The notes below the pieces were generated by a model that saw nothing but the letters and a program-made list of their open reading frames with translations, ran no database searches and was not told the origin of the DNA. From Cenococcum geophilum (lineage: Eukaryota), in assembly GCA_050273025.1 (NCBI GenBank), contig CP158635.1, positions 26,350,001 through 26,414,000 of the forward strand: 64,000 nucleotides of DNA, given 5' to 3'. A program made the position numbers and the translations under genes. This document shows, piece after piece, positions 62,285-64,000 of this stretch (position 1 is the first letter of the stretch; each line of letters opens with the position of its first letter).

Positions 62285-64000
62285 TAAGGTATACCTAGGA
62301 AGAACGTAACAAGTCTAAGAAGAGATTTAACAATTAGATTAACTAGTTTATCTTAAACTATAAAGGAGAGGAAGTAGAGAAGTCTCTTAACAAGTTAATA
62401 GAAGCCCTTATAATTAACTTTAATTTAGATATTTAGGAATAGGAGACCTTAGAGATGTTCCTAACTACTTTTAGACCTTTTACGGACGGCTAAGCCTTTA
62501 ATATTACGACCGTATTAGCTAACTGCTCCTTTATACACTTAATTGCACCTAAAAACTAGCCTATAAGTATACCTATTAGACCTATTATAGATATTACGGA
62601 CCGCGAATAGGATCTATTTGCATATATTACCACTAAACGCTACACCCCTAAAGAATTTTACGGCGTTATAATTGATATAGGTGCCTCTAAGAAGTCTACT
62701 ATAGGTTACGGATAATACCTTATATATAAGACCACTATAAATAATAATACGGACATTAATACTATATAAACTGGGGCCGTAAACGTCTAATTTAGCATTA
62801 GCTTAACTGTATTAATTAGATTAGTTAAAGCTAAGACTCTAATTAGCCTAGTTAACTTCTATATAGTAAAAGCGGACACCCCTTTCCTACTCTGCTTTGC
62901 GGATATAGATAGACTATAGGTTTACTATAACAATATTACGGATACCCTAATTAGCCCCGCAACTGCCCTAAGAAGTAAAAATATTACCCTACTAATTATA
63001 CGACGATTTAGACACCCGTTTCTTATATAGGGAGAGACTTTACAGACCTATATTTAGGAATCTTTTGACTATAACCTATACTACCTCACTAGTACGGAAA
63101 TCTACTTCCTGTACCGCCGTTTTGGCTACCCGTTAGCTAAAAAGCTGTATAGAGTTCTTAAACGTTCTAGATATAACAACGTTAATAAGAAGGTAATTAA
63201 CTACCTAACTAAATACTGCTCCTTCTGCTAGAAATATGGACGTTCCTTAGGCCAATTTAAGTTTACTCTTTATAAAGACCTTAATTTTAACTACTTAATA
63301 TACGTAGATATTATGTATATTAACGGCAGCCTAGTATTATATATAATTAATAAGGCAACCTGCTATTAAGCCGCCCGTTAGTTGTAAAATATATTTATAA
63401 AATATACTTAGGACATTTTACGGACCTTCTAGATTAATATATACGTTAGACCCCCTAAGTATATTACCTATAACGCTAGTAAAAACTTTATTAGTAAGGA
63501 ATTCCAATAGTACGCTACGGCTATAGCTATTTTAATAAAAGCCATTCCAATTAAGGTGCACTAGTCTATTAGGCTTATTAAGTAAGCTTACTTAGCTCTA
63601 CGGAGAGCTTACTAGATTATTACGGACGAGTGTAAGGATATTTAAAAGGAACTGGCTTTATAGATGGCCGTAAAAGCTATTAATAACACCGCTAGCCCTA
63701 ACGGGCTAGTACCTACCCTCTTAGTTTATAGAGCCTACCTAAGGATAAGTAACCTAGGCCCTTTTACCCTATCTATTACGGAACGAGCAGCTATAATACG
63801 GAAGGCAATAGCCGAAATAGTCAAATTACGGGCTAAATAAACTGTTAATAACGCTCTATACTACCGTAACGGACCTAATACAACCTTAGTATATAACCTC
63901 CCGCTTAATTCTAAAGTCCTTATATAGCGTAAAAGCGGTAATTAGACTAGACCTTACCGTCTACTAGCTGTAGAAGACGAGACCTGCTATATATAGCTCC

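Larger units (their letters stand above)
56706..64000 (+). mobile_element. Ty1/Copia element 2, running off the window end; interrupted by retroposon copy C and a gag-only element
   Basis: 5' LTR at about 56706-56959 followed by CTAATTAGT. gag from 57411; protease IDIGASK at about 62670; integrase VDIMYINGSLVL at about 63305, homologous to 25820-32172. Confidence 0.9.

Overview
Fungal (filamentous ascomycete-type) chromosomal DNA, about 90% nested transposable elements. The elements are heavily mutated in the pattern of RIP (repeat-induced point mutation: C>T/G>A, TpA-rich, stop codons where Trp/Gln are expected). Using target-site duplications (TSDs), LTRs and TIRs I can reconstruct: a head-to-tail array of at least 3 Crypton (tyrosine recombinase + GCR1_C) elements; three hAT relics; a full-length chromodomain Gypsy with an antisense extra ORF; one complete and one window-truncated Copia; two gag-only LTR elements; a TRIM; several solo LTRs and MITEs; two 5'-truncated Tad1-like LINEs; and two Tc1/IS630-like elements that each carry a second, convergent gene. 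The only clearly intact host genes lie in a GC-balanced island (about 45.6-48.7 kb): a small 2-exon hypothetical gene and a divergent 5-exon ALDH-fold gene lacking the catalytic Cys. Two highlights. (1) A family of 0.9-1 kb non-coding retroposons with LINE-like 3' tails whose TSD-defined 5' ends fall at the predicted cleavage site of an HDV-like ribozyme fold in three separate copies. (2) The Crypton array junction matches an apparently empty ~15-bp site in another repeat family, suggesting att-like site-specific integration. All protein and RNA motif calls were read by eye through RIP damage; no searches were run.
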